Below are positions 48,968 to 58,922 of a stretch of 64,000 bases of DNA, one piece after another. The position numbers and the translations under genes were made by a program. The DNA is from Gammaproteobacteria bacterium (GTDB taxonomy: Bacteria > Pseudomonadota > Gammaproteobacteria > Ga0077536), in NCBI GenBank assembly GCA_050186725.1, contig JBFWYG010000018.1, positions 1,284 to 65,283 of the forward strand, given 5' to 3'. The notes under the pieces were generated by a model. It was not told where the DNA came from, ran no database searches, and saw only the letters and a program-made list of their open reading frames with translations. Position 1 is the stretch's first letter; each line of letters starts with the position of its first letter.

Positions 48968-50803
48968 TCAAATCGCTTGCAAAGCGTTGTCTAGATACTG
49001 TTGGCGGCAAACGCGCCGTCGCAGTTTACCGCTAGACGTTCTCGGTAGCGAGGCCGGTCGCACGAGTACCAGGTCAAAAATCTGCACGTCGTGCTCACGC
49101 GCAACAGCCGAGCGTACCGCACGAAGAACAGCCTGCTCGTCCTCTTCCCCTGCCAAATTCAGGCGTTGGCTCCGCTTCACTTCCGCCACGGCTATCAGGA
49201 CTTCGTGATGAGCTTGTTCTACGCAGAACACGATGCAACCACGTGCCTGGAGCATCGGGTGAGCGTTTTCGACCGTTCGCTCCAAGTCCTGGGGATAATG
49301 ATTGCGGCCGGCTATGATGATGAGTTCCTTCAGCCTTCCGGTGACGAAGAGTTCACCATCGCGCAGGAAACCCAGGTCCCCCGTCCTCAGGAACGGGGTT
49401 TCCAGCGAAGGCTCCCCCCTGTGAGGAGCCGTTGGGCACTGCACGGCGGTACTCCCCCTCGGCGCTCCCCCCGGGGTGCCAGCGGAGTTGGGCGCGTCAG
49501 CGAGACGTGCCGCAAAGGTCGCGTCGCTTTCGGCCGCGCGACCCCAGTAGCCGGATGCAACGCTTGGCCCGGAGATCCAGATCTCACCGATATGCTCGTC
49601 CGGGCACGCTCGACGGGTCTGCGGATCAACAATCAGCAGATGCTGCCCGTCACGGACCGGCCCGCATCCCACCAACTCGGGCCCTTCGGGATCAGGCGCG
49701 GCACGCCCCAACTCGAGGTCACGAGACGAGCACCGCAGGAACGAGGCCGGTCGGGATCTTTCCCTGCCGGAAACCATCAGCGTCGCCTCGGCGAGGCCGT
49801 AACACGGTAGCCAGGCTTCAGAGCTGAAGCCACATTGCGAAAAGGTTTGCTCGAACCGTTCGAGGGTCCGGGCACGAACTGGCTCGGCGCCGGTAAATGC
49901 CACCTGCCAGCTGCCGAGATCCAGCTCTGAACGCTGCTCGGCGGTTATTCGGTCCGCGCACAGATCGAAGGCGAAGTCCGGGCCGCCACTGGTCGTGGCA
50001 CGCCATTCACTCACGGCTCGGAGCCAGCGCACGGGCTGTTGCAGAACATGCAGCGGAGACATCAGCACGACCGGAAAACCAACGTACATCGGTTGGAGGA
50101 TGCCCCCGATGAGTCCCATGTCGTGATAAGGAGGAAGCCAGATCACGCCGCGGCTGTCGGGTGTGTGCTCGAAGCACTGCGCGATCACTCGCGAATTGTG
50201 CATGAGGTTGCCGTGCGTGAGCATGACCCCACGGGGCTCGCCCGTGGCGCCAGACGTATATTGCAGCATGGCAATAGAGTCAGGACATGGTCTGGAGGCC
50301 GCCGAGAGCTGATCTATTGGCGGAAGGGGCTCCGCCGTCTCCGCGGCCTCCTCGGGGGTCAGGACGGGCATTGACCAGTCGCTATCGAAGCCCGATATCG
50401 CTCCCGTACGCGGATCCGGCGCCGCGACCATGACACTCGGTTGCGCGTTCGCGGCCACGCCTCTGAGCTTTGCGATCTGACGCTCGCCGCGCGGTGGATA
50501 GGCCGGCACCGCGACGAATCCGCCATACAGTGCGCCATAGAATGCGGCTATGAGCTCAAGACCGGGCGGCAACACCAGTAGAACTCTGTCGCCAGGCTCG
50601 GCCACCGCAGCGAGCTTCGCGGCCCACTTTCGCGCGGCAAGATCGAGAGCCGCATAGGTGAACTCGACCCGCTCATCGTCGCCGTCCAGCAAGAACACGT
50701 AGGCTCTGCGCTCCGGCTGTTGCCGAGCCCTCACGCTCATGAGATGAGCGAGCGTTGGCTGCTCAAATGAAGCGTCCGCCGACATGGTCTGTGGTGGGGC
50801 CAA
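48968..50803 (-). CDS. Fatty acyl-AMP ligase (FAAL)
   Basis: LQYTSG, WLPPYHDMGLIG, CYGLAEATL, FAAL-type insertion before VGCG, RTGDLG, GRNHYPQD, TSSGK. Confidence 0.93.
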   Translation of the reverse strand: MAPPQTMSADASFEQPTLAHLMSVRARQQPERRAYVFLLDGDDERVEFTYAALDLAARKWAAKLAAVAEPGDRVLLVLPPGLELIAAFYGALYGGFVAVPAYPPRGERQIAKLRGVAANAQPSVMVAAPDPRTGAISGFDSDWSMPVLTPEEAAETAEPLPPIDQLSAASRPCPDSIAMLQYTSGATGEPRGVMLTHGNLMHNSRVIAQCFEHTPDSRGVIWLPPYHDMGLIGGILQPMYVGFPVVLMSPLHVLQQPVRWLRAVSEWRATTSGGPDFAFDLCADRITAEQRSELDLGSWQVAFTGAEPVRARTLERFEQTFSQCGFSSEAWLPCYGLAEATLMVSGRERSRPASFLRCSSRDLELGRAAPDPEGPELVGCGPVRDGQHLLIVDPQTRRACPDEHIGEIWISGPSVASGYWGRAAESDATFAARLADAPNSAGTPGGAPRGSTAVQCPTAPHRGEPSLETPFLRTGDLGFLRDGELFVTGRLKELIIIAGRNHYPQDLERTVENAHPMLQARGCIVFCVEQAHHEVLIAVAEVKRSQRLNLAGEEDEQAVLRAVRSAVAREHDVQIFDLVLVRPASLPRTSSGKLRRRVCRQQYLDNALQAI

Positions 50804-51344
50804 GCGCAGGATCCCGCTGTGAAATTTAATGTGCAGGTTCTTAGGGCATTGATATCATATTTTGGCGATGGCGCGCATAGGCAAGAAACAACGTGAACAA
50901 AAGTCAACAACCCCAGACTTTCGTGCAGGCTCGATTGAACCGACTCCCCTCGGCATCGGAGGGCGCGGCGGTCGACCCTGAAGTTGCGCCTCGCGAGCGC
51001 TGTTCGCCTCGATAGGCTACGCTCCCGCTATCAAGGGAACCGTGATGGACTCCCATTTCGGAGGAGCCTGAGGAGCGAGAGCACTCAATCACCGGACCAC
51101 TTTTCGCCTAGCAGGGGCACGGTCGCATGCAACGGTTCGCCTTGTGCTCGCACACCCTTTTGTCTGAAGCTGCGCTCGAGCTCATCGGGGAAGGAAATGG
51201 GGGGCGATCGATGCCGTGGAGTACTCTGCGGGGGGCGCTCCTAGCGCATGGCCGTGCACGCGGCCGCCGCCGCCCGCTGAGCCATCTTTGGCGCGAACCC
51301 TGACGCATGCGGAACTGAGCACGATGAATTGACGGCACAAGGAT

Positions 51345-53117
51345 ATGACGCAGACATTTGAGTCCGACCAACCCTGGCGTGCGGCGACACGCATGCAAGC
51401 CACGACACTTGTCGACATTCTCCGCGCGCGAGCCGATCAGCACCCTCAACGTTCGTTGTACACGTTCCTCAAGCGCGCCCGGGAAGTGGAACAAGAACTC
51501 ACTTTCGGGGCTCTGGATGCTCGCGCCCGGGCCATCGCTGCTCATCTGCAGGACTCTTCACAGGTCGGAGACTGCGCCGCGGTGATTTGTCCAAACGACC
51601 TCAGTTTTACTGAAGCGTTCATGGGCTGTCAGTACGCGGGAGTGGTCCCGGTGCCTACCCCCCCGTTGCAAGGCTTCCACGCCGTCGAACGCCTGCGTGC
51701 AGTGTTCAATGCAGTCAGTCCAGTGTGCATCGTCACGACGAGCACGGTCAGTGCACGGCTGATGTCGCAAAGCAGCAAGCTGCCGGTGCTCGCCGATCTG
51801 CCGCATCTGTGCATCGATAAGATAGCCGATCATGATCGAGAACAATGGCGTGCACCGGCTATTGACGACACCACCCTTGCGTTTTTGCAGTTCACCTCGG
51901 GATCCCTCTCGGCGCCCAAGGGCGTCAAGATAAGTCACGGCAACATCCTGCATAACCTGTCGCTGCTACAGCGCACATTCGAGCACGACGAACACAGCAG
52001 AATCGTCAGCTGGCTGCCCTTTTTTCACGATTGGGGCCTGATCGGCGGGTTGCTGCAACCACTGTATTCCGGCGTTCACGGTGTTCTGTTCGACCCGCTC
52101 GAGTTCATTCGCAAGCCGATGAGTTGGTTGCAAGTGATCTCGCGCTTCGGCGCTACCCTGAGCGGCGCGCCAAATTTCGCGTACGAACGATGCACGCAAA
52201 CTGTTCGCCCCGAAGATTTCGAGGATCTCAACCTCGGTGCTTGGAACGCCGCCATAGTGGGTGCCGAGCCGATTCGTGCCGAAACGCTTGATCGCTTTAC
52301 GGCGTGCTTCGCTCAATCCGGTTTCGAACCCCGTGCGTTCTATCCGTCCTACGGTCTCGCGGAATCGACTCTTATGGTGACAGGCACGCGTAAGAGCGGT
52401 ATCCCGGTCAGACTCTCGATAGATAGAGCTGCCCTCGAGAGCGGAAGGATAGAGCACGGCATAGGCACAGATGTCGCACGGTCACGCACCTTGGTCAGCT
52501 GTGGCCCGGAGGTGCTGGAGCAACGAGTCTGCATCGTCGATACCGACTTGATGCGAGCATGTGAACCGATGCGCATTGGCGAAATCTGGGTCTCTGGCCC
52601 AAGTGTCGGGCAAGGCTACTGGGGACTCGAGGCGGACAGCGCCGACTGCTTCGCCGCAACCCTCGATGGCGACAGCGGCACGCGCTGGCTGCGCACCGGC
52701 GATGAGGGATTCATTTACGACGGCGAGCTGTACGTCACGGGACGTATCAAGGACCTGATCATCGTTCACGGCCGCAACCTGTATCCCGAGGATATAGAGC
52801 GAGTCGTAAGCGATGCCCACCCCGCGCTCAACCAAGGGCGCGGCGCTGCATTCTCTATCGATCTGAACGAAAGCGAGCAACTCATCGTCGTCCATGAGCT
52901 CGAATTTGGCGAGCGTTTCAACGCCGAAAGTATCGTCGAGGAAGTCCGTCGCGCTGTGGTCGGTGTCGTCGGCGTACCGCCTGCCACAGTTGCCTTGGTA
53001 AAGGTGGGGAGTGTGCCATTGACCACCAGTGGCAAAGTCCAGCGGCGCGCTTGCAAGAATCTCTATCTCGGACAAGCGTTGCCTTGTCTGCACGAATGGC
53101 GCACTGGAGCTGTCTGA
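51345..53117 (+). CDS. Second fatty acyl-AMP ligase (FAAL), divergent from the first
   Basis: LQFTSGS, WLPFFHDWGLIG, YGLAESTL, IDRAALE.G insertion, RTGD, GRNLYPED, TTSGKVQR. Confidence 0.92.
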   Translation: MTQTFESDQPWRAATRMQATTLVDILRARADQHPQRSLYTFLKRAREVEQELTFGALDARARAIAAHLQDSSQVGDCAAVICPNDLSFTEAFMGCQYAGVVPVPTPPLQGFHAVERLRAVFNAVSPVCIVTTSTVSARLMSQSSKLPVLADLPHLCIDKIADHDREQWRAPAIDDTTLAFLQFTSGSLSAPKGVKISHGNILHNLSLLQRTFEHDEHSRIVSWLPFFHDWGLIGGLLQPLYSGVHGVLFDPLEFIRKPMSWLQVISRFGATLSGAPNFAYERCTQTVRPEDFEDLNLGAWNAAIVGAEPIRAETLDRFTACFAQSGFEPRAFYPSYGLAESTLMVTGTRKSGIPVRLSIDRAALESGRIEHGIGTDVARSRTLVSCGPEVLEQRVCIVDTDLMRACEPMRIGEIWVSGPSVGQGYWGLEADSADCFAATLDGDSGTRWLRTGDEGFIYDGELYVTGRIKDLIIVHGRNLYPEDIERVVSDAHPALNQGRGAAFSIDLNESEQLIVVHELEFGERFNAESIVEEVRRAVVGVVGVPPATVALVKVGSVPLTTSGKVQRRACKNLYLGQALPCLHEWRTGAV

Positions 53118-53359
53118 TGCCCGACGTCTACGAACTCATCCCCTTGGGCGACGCGCGCGGCAGTGAAACTGGTGGCGCGTGCTGACGGCCCGCGCCGATG
53201 TCGCTTCGTACCCGACTCCCACGCCAGACCAAACCCCGGGTCGCAGTTGGCTGGCGAATGCCTGGGAATATCGTCGTGACGGCAGACCCGCCCCGGTCAG
53301 CGTTCGAATCGCCCTTGCACCGTGCCGCGTAAAGGTGGAATTATTGCGAGCAGGGTCAC

Positions 53360-53375
53360 TGGCGCATTTATTGCG
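53360..53375 (+). promoter_or_regulatory. Sigma-54 promoter upstream of the wzz-like gene
   Basis: TGGCGCA-TTTA-TTGCG. Confidence 0.6.
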
Positions 53376-53567
53376 CGGTCGCTGGTGCCCAATGGATAAT
53401 ATTGACCTCATTTGCGAGCGAAACGAACGGCGGGAGCACGCACGCGCAAGCTTGGCGATGCCTGCAGGTAACAGCACATCTTCCGGGGTGCATACCGGGA
53501 ACTGGAGAACCCCGCTCGATGGCAATCTCGGTCTTCCAAGCACCCCAAAAAGCTTCCACGCATTCTG

Positions 53568-54473
53568 ATGAGTGAACAAGGGACCCTCTACGACTATTGG
53601 ATGGCGCTCTATCGTCGCAGGATCGCGATTCTGTTCGTCAGCCTTTCTGCGGCGGTGTTCGCCTACTTGATCAGCCTTGTGCTACCGCCTGTCTATGAGG
53701 CCAAGTCGGCATTCTACTTGCCAGTGGTGAGCGGCGCCCCGCCGTATACAGCCGATCCGGGGGCGGGACAGACGGAAAAGGCGCCGCTGATGCCCGTTAC
53801 CAATGAAAAGGAGGGCGGTGTTCATCTGGGCATTCTGAAGGGTGAAGCGATAACGACGGCAATCCTTGAGCAGTTTCCATCCAAGACACGCAGCGACCTG
53901 AAGCTGAATGTCGATTTCGTAATGAGCGAATACTTCCTGACCGAAGTCTACGTGCGAGATGTGGACCCGGAATTGGCGGCGGCGATGGCCAACGCATACC
54001 CCGTGGCTTACAAGGCATTCCATGGCCGCTCCCTGGCCAATCGCAGTGCTTTCCCGGTAAAAGCCTTGGAGAACCAATTGGCCTCAATCGAGAAGTCACT
54101 TGCGAAGAATCTCGCCGCACAACAACAACATCGCGACCGCAACGTTTCGTCGTCGGTGGTCATGGAATCGCTGCGGACAGAGTACCGTAACCTTGCGGCG
54201 CTCCTGGACTCGACACAGAAGAACCTCATAGAAGCGAAGCTGAAGCAGGAGAACCCCGCCGTAGAACTGGTGCTTGTCGAACGGGCAACTGTTCCTACGA
54301 GACCGACATTCCCGCGACCAATCCTCAACACCATAGTGTCGTTGATATTCGGTCTTGCCGCAGGGTGTTACTACGCACTATTCCTGGAGTACTTGACCAA
54401 GTTGCGTAGATATCGCCTCGAACGAACCATGGACACGGCGCCGCTCGAAGCTGCGGATGGTGGAGCGGCGTAA
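53568..54473 (+). CDS. Wzz/GumC-type polysaccharide co-polymerase (chain-length determinant)
   Basis: N-terminal TM + PPVYEA, DPELAA.MAN, coiled coil, A.VP..P.FPRP + C-terminal TM. Confidence 0.88.
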   Translation: MSEQGTLYDYWMALYRRRIAILFVSLSAAVFAYLISLVLPPVYEAKSAFYLPVVSGAPPYTADPGAGQTEKAPLMPVTNEKEGGVHLGILKGEAITTAILEQFPSKTRSDLKLNVDFVMSEYFLTEVYVRDVDPELAAAMANAYPVAYKAFHGRSLANRSAFPVKALENQLASIEKSLAKNLAAQQQHRDRNVSSSVVMESLRTEYRNLAALLDSTQKNLIEAKLKQENPAVELVLVERATVPTRPTFPRPILNTIVSLIFGLAAGCYYALFLEYLTKLRRYRLERTMDTAPLEAADGGAA

Positions 54474-54730
54474 TGGGAACCAGCGACGACCGGTCGAAAC
54501 ATGTGCGTGATCCTCGAATGCGCGAAAGCCTTGCAGACGCCTATCTGTACATTCAAAAGAAGTACGAAGATGAGGGGCGGATCCCGCGAGATTCGGGCAA
54601 CGTCCTTTCGAGTCACCAGGCCTTGTGGGAGACGCTAGGTGCGATCCACCTGGGCATGTTCGTTGCTGCTGTGAGCGTTGTCATGAGCTTCATCTTGATC
54701 AATTTCCTGCTGCATCTGCCACCTTCTTGA
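54473..54730 (+). CDS. Small membrane protein (85 aa)
   Basis: Translationally coupled to the wzz-like gene (TAATG); single C-terminal TM. Confidence 0.6.
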   Translation: MGTSDDRSKHVRDPRMRESLADAYLYIQKKYEDEGRIPRDSGNVLSSHQALWETLGAIHLGMFVAAVSVVMSFILINFLLHLPPS

Positions 54731-54747
54731 TGTGGAGTTTGGGCAGG

Positions 54748-55014
54748 ATGAAGCAACAAGCACAAACGAACCAGCCTGTAGATGCTCCGGCGCCTGAGGT
54801 CTTGAAGCGTGTTCTCGCCTATGCCGAACGTAGCGCGTCGAGCGGGCGCTTCCCGTATGAAGGGCAGTGGCTCACCATGGTAGAGATTGAAGAGCAGATT
54901 CGCGCAAAGCGGCGGACAGCACTGATGCATGCTCGCGAGCTGTCAGCGTTGTTCTTTTTCACGTACGTGCTGGCCGCGGTATTGTGGAAGTTCATCTCGC
55001 TCCTTACCTACTGA
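54748..55014 (+). CDS. Small membrane protein (88 aa)
   Basis: MKQQAQ...GRFPYEGQWLT...; single C-terminal TM. Confidence 0.6.
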   Translation: MKQQAQTNQPVDAPAPEVLKRVLAYAERSASSGRFPYEGQWLTMVEIEEQIRAKRRTALMHARELSALFFFTYVLAAVLWKFISLLTY

Positions 55015-55508
55015 CCCTACTCCACTGAATTCAACAATGGCGTCACATCGCATGTTTGAGAAAGACACGTGTCGGCACTAGCCCGTAAACCGACTGCGCG
55101 AACAAGACTCGAGCTCAAGGGTACCCACGGTTCACACGAAGACGCGCGAGCAAAGCACTTCGTTAGCGGCAATTCCGCCTCTCCCCCCAGCGTTGGCGAA
55201 GGGGTGCCGAAACGCCTCAGGTGTTCGACCGGGTAAAAGCCACCTGTCCTGTCCGAAACTGAGATCTGGTAACCGCACATCGATAAGCGCGGACCTGTCT
55301 TTAAGTGGCGGCGATTGGACGTATATCGCATCAGTAACGAGACGTAACAGGATTGACGCACTTGCGCGTCTGTCATAGTGTCCTTTCGCTCCGGCGTTGT
55401 AGCACTAGCATGCGCCCCATGCGGATACCACCGTCGGCCCATATCCCGCTTTAATGAGCCATAGCCATTTGACAACGGCCGGCCGTGGCGGTCCTGATCC
55501 ATCACATA

Positions 55509-56717
55509 ATGAGTCGACCGATGATAAAGCCGCCACCAGTTGTTCACGATCTCCAAGTGGCACACGGTTCCGTGTACGGGCAGGAGGAGCGTGACGCGGT
55601 CCTTGCTGTCCTCGACGAGAGCGCCCCAACTTGTAGCAAACGGGTCGCCGAGTTTGAGGCGCAGTTCGCGGAGTTCTGTGGCACCAGATACGCTGTCTCG
55701 GTTTCGTCCGCCACCACCGGCTTGATGCTCGCCGGCATCGCCTTGGACATTCAGGCGAACGATGAGGTCATCACCACCCCCATCAGTTGGATAGCCACCG
55801 CAAACGCCTTCCAGCTACTCGGCGCGAAGATACGATTCTGCGACGTCGATCCCCGCACGATGAATCTCGATCCGCAAGCTCTCGAGAAGCTGATCACTCC
55901 GCAGACGAAGGCGATCGTACCAGTTCATCTCTACGGTCAATGCTGTGACATGGAGGCCATCACCGGCATCGCGAACGAGGCAGGGATTCCAATTGTCGAA
56001 GATTGCGCGCATGCCCCTGGGGCCACGTTCAATCATCGCATGGCCGGCAGTTTCGGCGCTGCTGGAGTGTTCAGTTTCCACCAGCAAAAGAACCTCGTCA
56101 CCCTCGGTGAGGGCGGGATGCTCACCACCAATGAGGATCTGATCTACGCACGGGCCATGTCGTTCAGGTCGCACTGTTACCGCGTCTACGGAAGCCGGCA
56201 CAAATTCGGCGGTATTGATGAAACTGAGCAACCGATGGGAAGGCGCTATTGGTGGCAAGAATTTGATGATGTCGGCTACAACTTTCGAATGACCGACATA
56301 CAGGCCGCCGTCGGGAGCGTGCAACTAGTCAAGCTAGGTGCCCACAACGCCACACGGGCGGAATTGGGACATCGATTGATGCGTGGCATTTCCGACATCA
56401 AAACCGTAGTGGCACCGTTCGTGGACCACCGGGCCGAGCACGTTTTTCACCTTTTTCCGTTGTTGCTTCAGGAAGATCATCCTCTCGGTAAGGACGAATT
56501 CATCTGGCGGATGCTGCACGACCATGGAATCAAAGCGTGGTCCCACTACATTCCGATCAACACAACCGCCGCTTATCGGAGGCTCGGACATAGCGCACTC
56601 GAATGCCCGGTTGCCAGCAAAATGTTCGAGCGGCTGGTTACACTGCCTATCCATCCGCGGCTGACTCACGAGGCGATCGACTATATGGCCGGTGCGATCC
56701 GTAAGTTGAGCAGCTGA
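55509..56717 (+). CDS. DegT/DnrJ/EryC1/StrS PLP-dependent sugar aminotransferase
   Basis: FE..FA, SSATTGL, IVPVHLYG, VEDCAHA.G, FSFHQQKN...GEGG, GYNFRM, LPIHP. Confidence 0.93.
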   Translation: MSRPMIKPPPVVHDLQVAHGSVYGQEERDAVLAVLDESAPTCSKRVAEFEAQFAEFCGTRYAVSVSSATTGLMLAGIALDIQANDEVITTPISWIATANAFQLLGAKIRFCDVDPRTMNLDPQALEKLITPQTKAIVPVHLYGQCCDMEAITGIANEAGIPIVEDCAHAPGATFNHRMAGSFGAAGVFSFHQQKNLVTLGEGGMLTTNEDLIYARAMSFRSHCYRVYGSRHKFGGIDETEQPMGRRYWWQEFDDVGYNFRMTDIQAAVGSVQLVKLGAHNATRAELGHRLMRGISDIKTVVAPFVDHRAEHVFHLFPLLLQEDHPLGKDEFIWRMLHDHGIKAWSHYIPINTTAAYRRLGHSALECPVASKMFERLVTLPIHPRLTHEAIDYMAGAIRKLSS

Positions 56718-56873
56718 ATTCCTCAAGAACTGACTGCGGGCATGGCGCGATAGAGGCGCGCTCGACCTAGGCTGTCAGCGAAAGAGCGCGACAGCCTTGG
56801 CACGCCGATTCGCCACGGTAGAATCCCCAACCCGGCCATCTTGCAGCCAGAGCTGCCCGGCGCTGGAGCGTAG

Positions 56874-57815
56874 TCAGAACGCCCGTTTCCCGGCGAGTCG
56901 AAGCAGAGGCGCCACTAGGCCATAGGGGAAGAAGGTCAGGCAGAAGAGCACCCTTCGCCGCAGAGGCCTGCCTCGAATCTCCCGCAGGTGCTGCCGCGCC
57001 CGGGCACCGTCCCGCCTGATCCAGCTGGACATAGCTGCCGTCCAGTAGGCGACCTCCAGGATCCCGTCCCGGATAACTGAAGGATCCAGACCGAGTTTCT
57101 CGAAGGTCTGCATCATCCTCTTCCCGTCCTGGATGAAGTTCTCGGAATTCGTCCACGTATCGCTCGACGCATGCACGCGGTAACGGGACAGTACTGCCGG
57201 ATTGAAGACCGTGCGGTGGCGACTCGCAATCCGGATGAACAGGTCGGCCTCCTCGGCCGCCATCAATTCCGGATCGACCAGGTAGGAAAGCTCGGACAAC
57301 ACGCGCCGCTCGAAGACTGTCGCCGAGATGCAGACGTCATAATCGAGGGCGAGCGTACGGTAGTCGAGCTCCTCGATCTCGGCGCCCTTGTTCTTGGAGT
57401 GGAGTTGTTCCCGACCGTCCGGATAGAAGCTGGTTGCGTTGGAATAGACTAACGATGCGCCGGTCTGCTCGAGCACAGCCAACTGGCGCTCCAGGAAATC
57501 GGGATGCCAGATGTCGTCCGAATCCAGGAAGGCCACCCATCTTCCGGTCGCGACTGCCAAAGCACGGCTGCGCGCCTTGCCCAGCGTATCGTCACTGTCC
57601 GACAATAGATAACGAATTCGAGGATCGTTGTAACTCTTGACGATCGCAGCCGTTCCATCCTGTGACCGATTGTCCCAGAACACCAGTTCCCAGTCCGGCA
57701 TCGTCTGACGCAGCACGCTGTCGATGGTTTCCCGCACAAAGCGTTCACCATTGCGACAATTCATGACCACACTTACCAGTGGGGATGCATTATCGTCCAC
57801 GTTAGACGCCATCAT
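56874..57815 (-). CDS. GT2 glycosyltransferase
   Basis: VSVVM..RNGE, DN.SQDGT, AR..A...A.G.WVAFLDSDD. Confidence 0.92.
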   Translation of the reverse strand: MMASNVDDNASPLVSVVMNCRNGERFVRETIDSVLRQTMPDWELVFWDNRSQDGTAAIVKSYNDPRIRYLLSDSDDTLGKARSRALAVATGRWVAFLDSDDIWHPDFLERQLAVLEQTGASLVYSNATSFYPDGREQLHSKNKGAEIEELDYRTLALDYDVCISATVFERRVLSELSYLVDPELMAAEEADLFIRIASRHRTVFNPAVLSRYRVHASSDTWTNSENFIQDGKRMMQTFEKLGLDPSVIRDGILEVAYWTAAMSSWIRRDGARARQHLREIRGRPLRRRVLFCLTFFPYGLVAPLLRLAGKRAF

Positions 57816-57843
57816 GGTTCGTGGCGCACTTCATCATGGCTCC

Positions 57844-58914
57844 TCACGCGGAGCGCCCGCGCGATATCCAGCGCAGTTTGTCGTCCAGAATCCCCTTGCT
57901 CACCAGACCGCGAAGCACGTTCAGTCTCATATGCAGCGACTCGCGGAAGTTCCGGTCGGCGAAACCCATTGCCAGCAGCCCATCCCTCAACTCGTCAATC
58001 GACTGATCAAGGCTGACAGTAGGGAGAAAGTCGGGCGCTAGAGCTCTGTATCGAGCGAAATCGACGCGGTAGGAGCGCTTGTCGGGCGCGGCCGCTCCCC
58101 GAATCTCGACCTCTACGGAGGGAAATCGTCGAGCAACCGCTTCGGAAAGTTCGGAGATTCGATAGTTGGCGTCATCGCGTCCCACGTTAATTGCTTCAAA
58201 AGCATTGCTGAGGCGCGCATCTCGACGAATCGCCCATTCGATGCCGCGGGCCATGTCCTTGGTGTCGATGATAGGCCGCCATGGCGTGCCATCGCTCAGG
58301 ATCTCGATGCGCCCCAGGGCTATGGCAGACGCAACGAAATCGTTGAGCACCAGATCAAGGCGAAGCCGTGGGCTCATTCCACAGGCAGTCGGAAATCTGA
58401 GGCAACTTACTATGAAGTTATCCGACGCAAGCGTGGACAAAGCCTCTTCAGCCGCAAGTTTCGAACGCGCGTACGCAGTAAGGGGGTTTACTGCAGAGCT
58501 CTCGTTCTTCGCTTCGTCTTCGGCATATCCATACACACTGCATGAAGATGCGAAGACCAGCCGTGCTACCCCGGCTTGTTTGGCAAGTTGGCCAATTCGA
58601 ATGGCAGCGTGCGAATTGACGTCCATGGTCACATTCTCGAACGCATTACCCATCGGGTCATTAGAGATGGCCGCCAACTGCACAACGACGTCCGCACCTT
58701 CGAATAACTCGGGCCTGAGATCGCGGACGTCGGCGAAGTACTGCACGTCAACCGAGACTTCCGGAAGACGATCGACATTGGTCAGGCTGTGGCCGAAAAA
58801 GCAGGAATCGACGCCGGCTATTTCAATATTCGAAAAGGCAGAGCGCAAGTGCGCGACGACCGTCGGTCCAACGTAGCCCATGTTCCCTGTGATCACTATT
58901 CTCATCGCGTTCAC
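57844..58914 (-). CDS. NAD-dependent epimerase/dehydratase
   Basis: TGNMGYVG, LAAISNDP, ASSCSVYG, YARSK, RLDLVLNDF, DGTPWRP. Confidence 0.92.
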   Translation of the reverse strand: MNAMRIVITGNMGYVGPTVVAHLRSAFSNIEIAGVDSCFFGHSLTNVDRLPEVSVDVQYFADVRDLRPELFEGADVVVQLAAISNDPMGNAFENVTMDVNSHAAIRIGQLAKQAGVARLVFASSCSVYGYAEDEAKNESSAVNPLTAYARSKLAAEEALSTLASDNFIVSCLRFPTACGMSPRLRLDLVLNDFVASAIALGRIEILSDGTPWRPIIDTKDMARGIEWAIRRDARLSNAFEAINVGRDDANYRISELSEAVARRFPSVEVEIRGAAAPDKRSYRVDFARYRALAPDFLPTVSLDQSIDELRDGLLAMGFADRNFRESLHMRLNVLRGLVSKGILDDKLRWISRGRSA

Positions 58915-58922
58915 CTACGTGT

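Noticed and set aside
53117-53185. 22-aa ORF coupled to the FAAL2 stop (TGATG) as a RiPP precursor or ACP remnant
   Set aside because: It is too short, has no Ppant motif, and no modifying enzymes support it.
55015-55500. Riboswitch or ncRNA in the spacer before the DegT gene
   Set aside because: I could not recognise an aptamer consensus or terminator by eye; an Rfam search would be needed.
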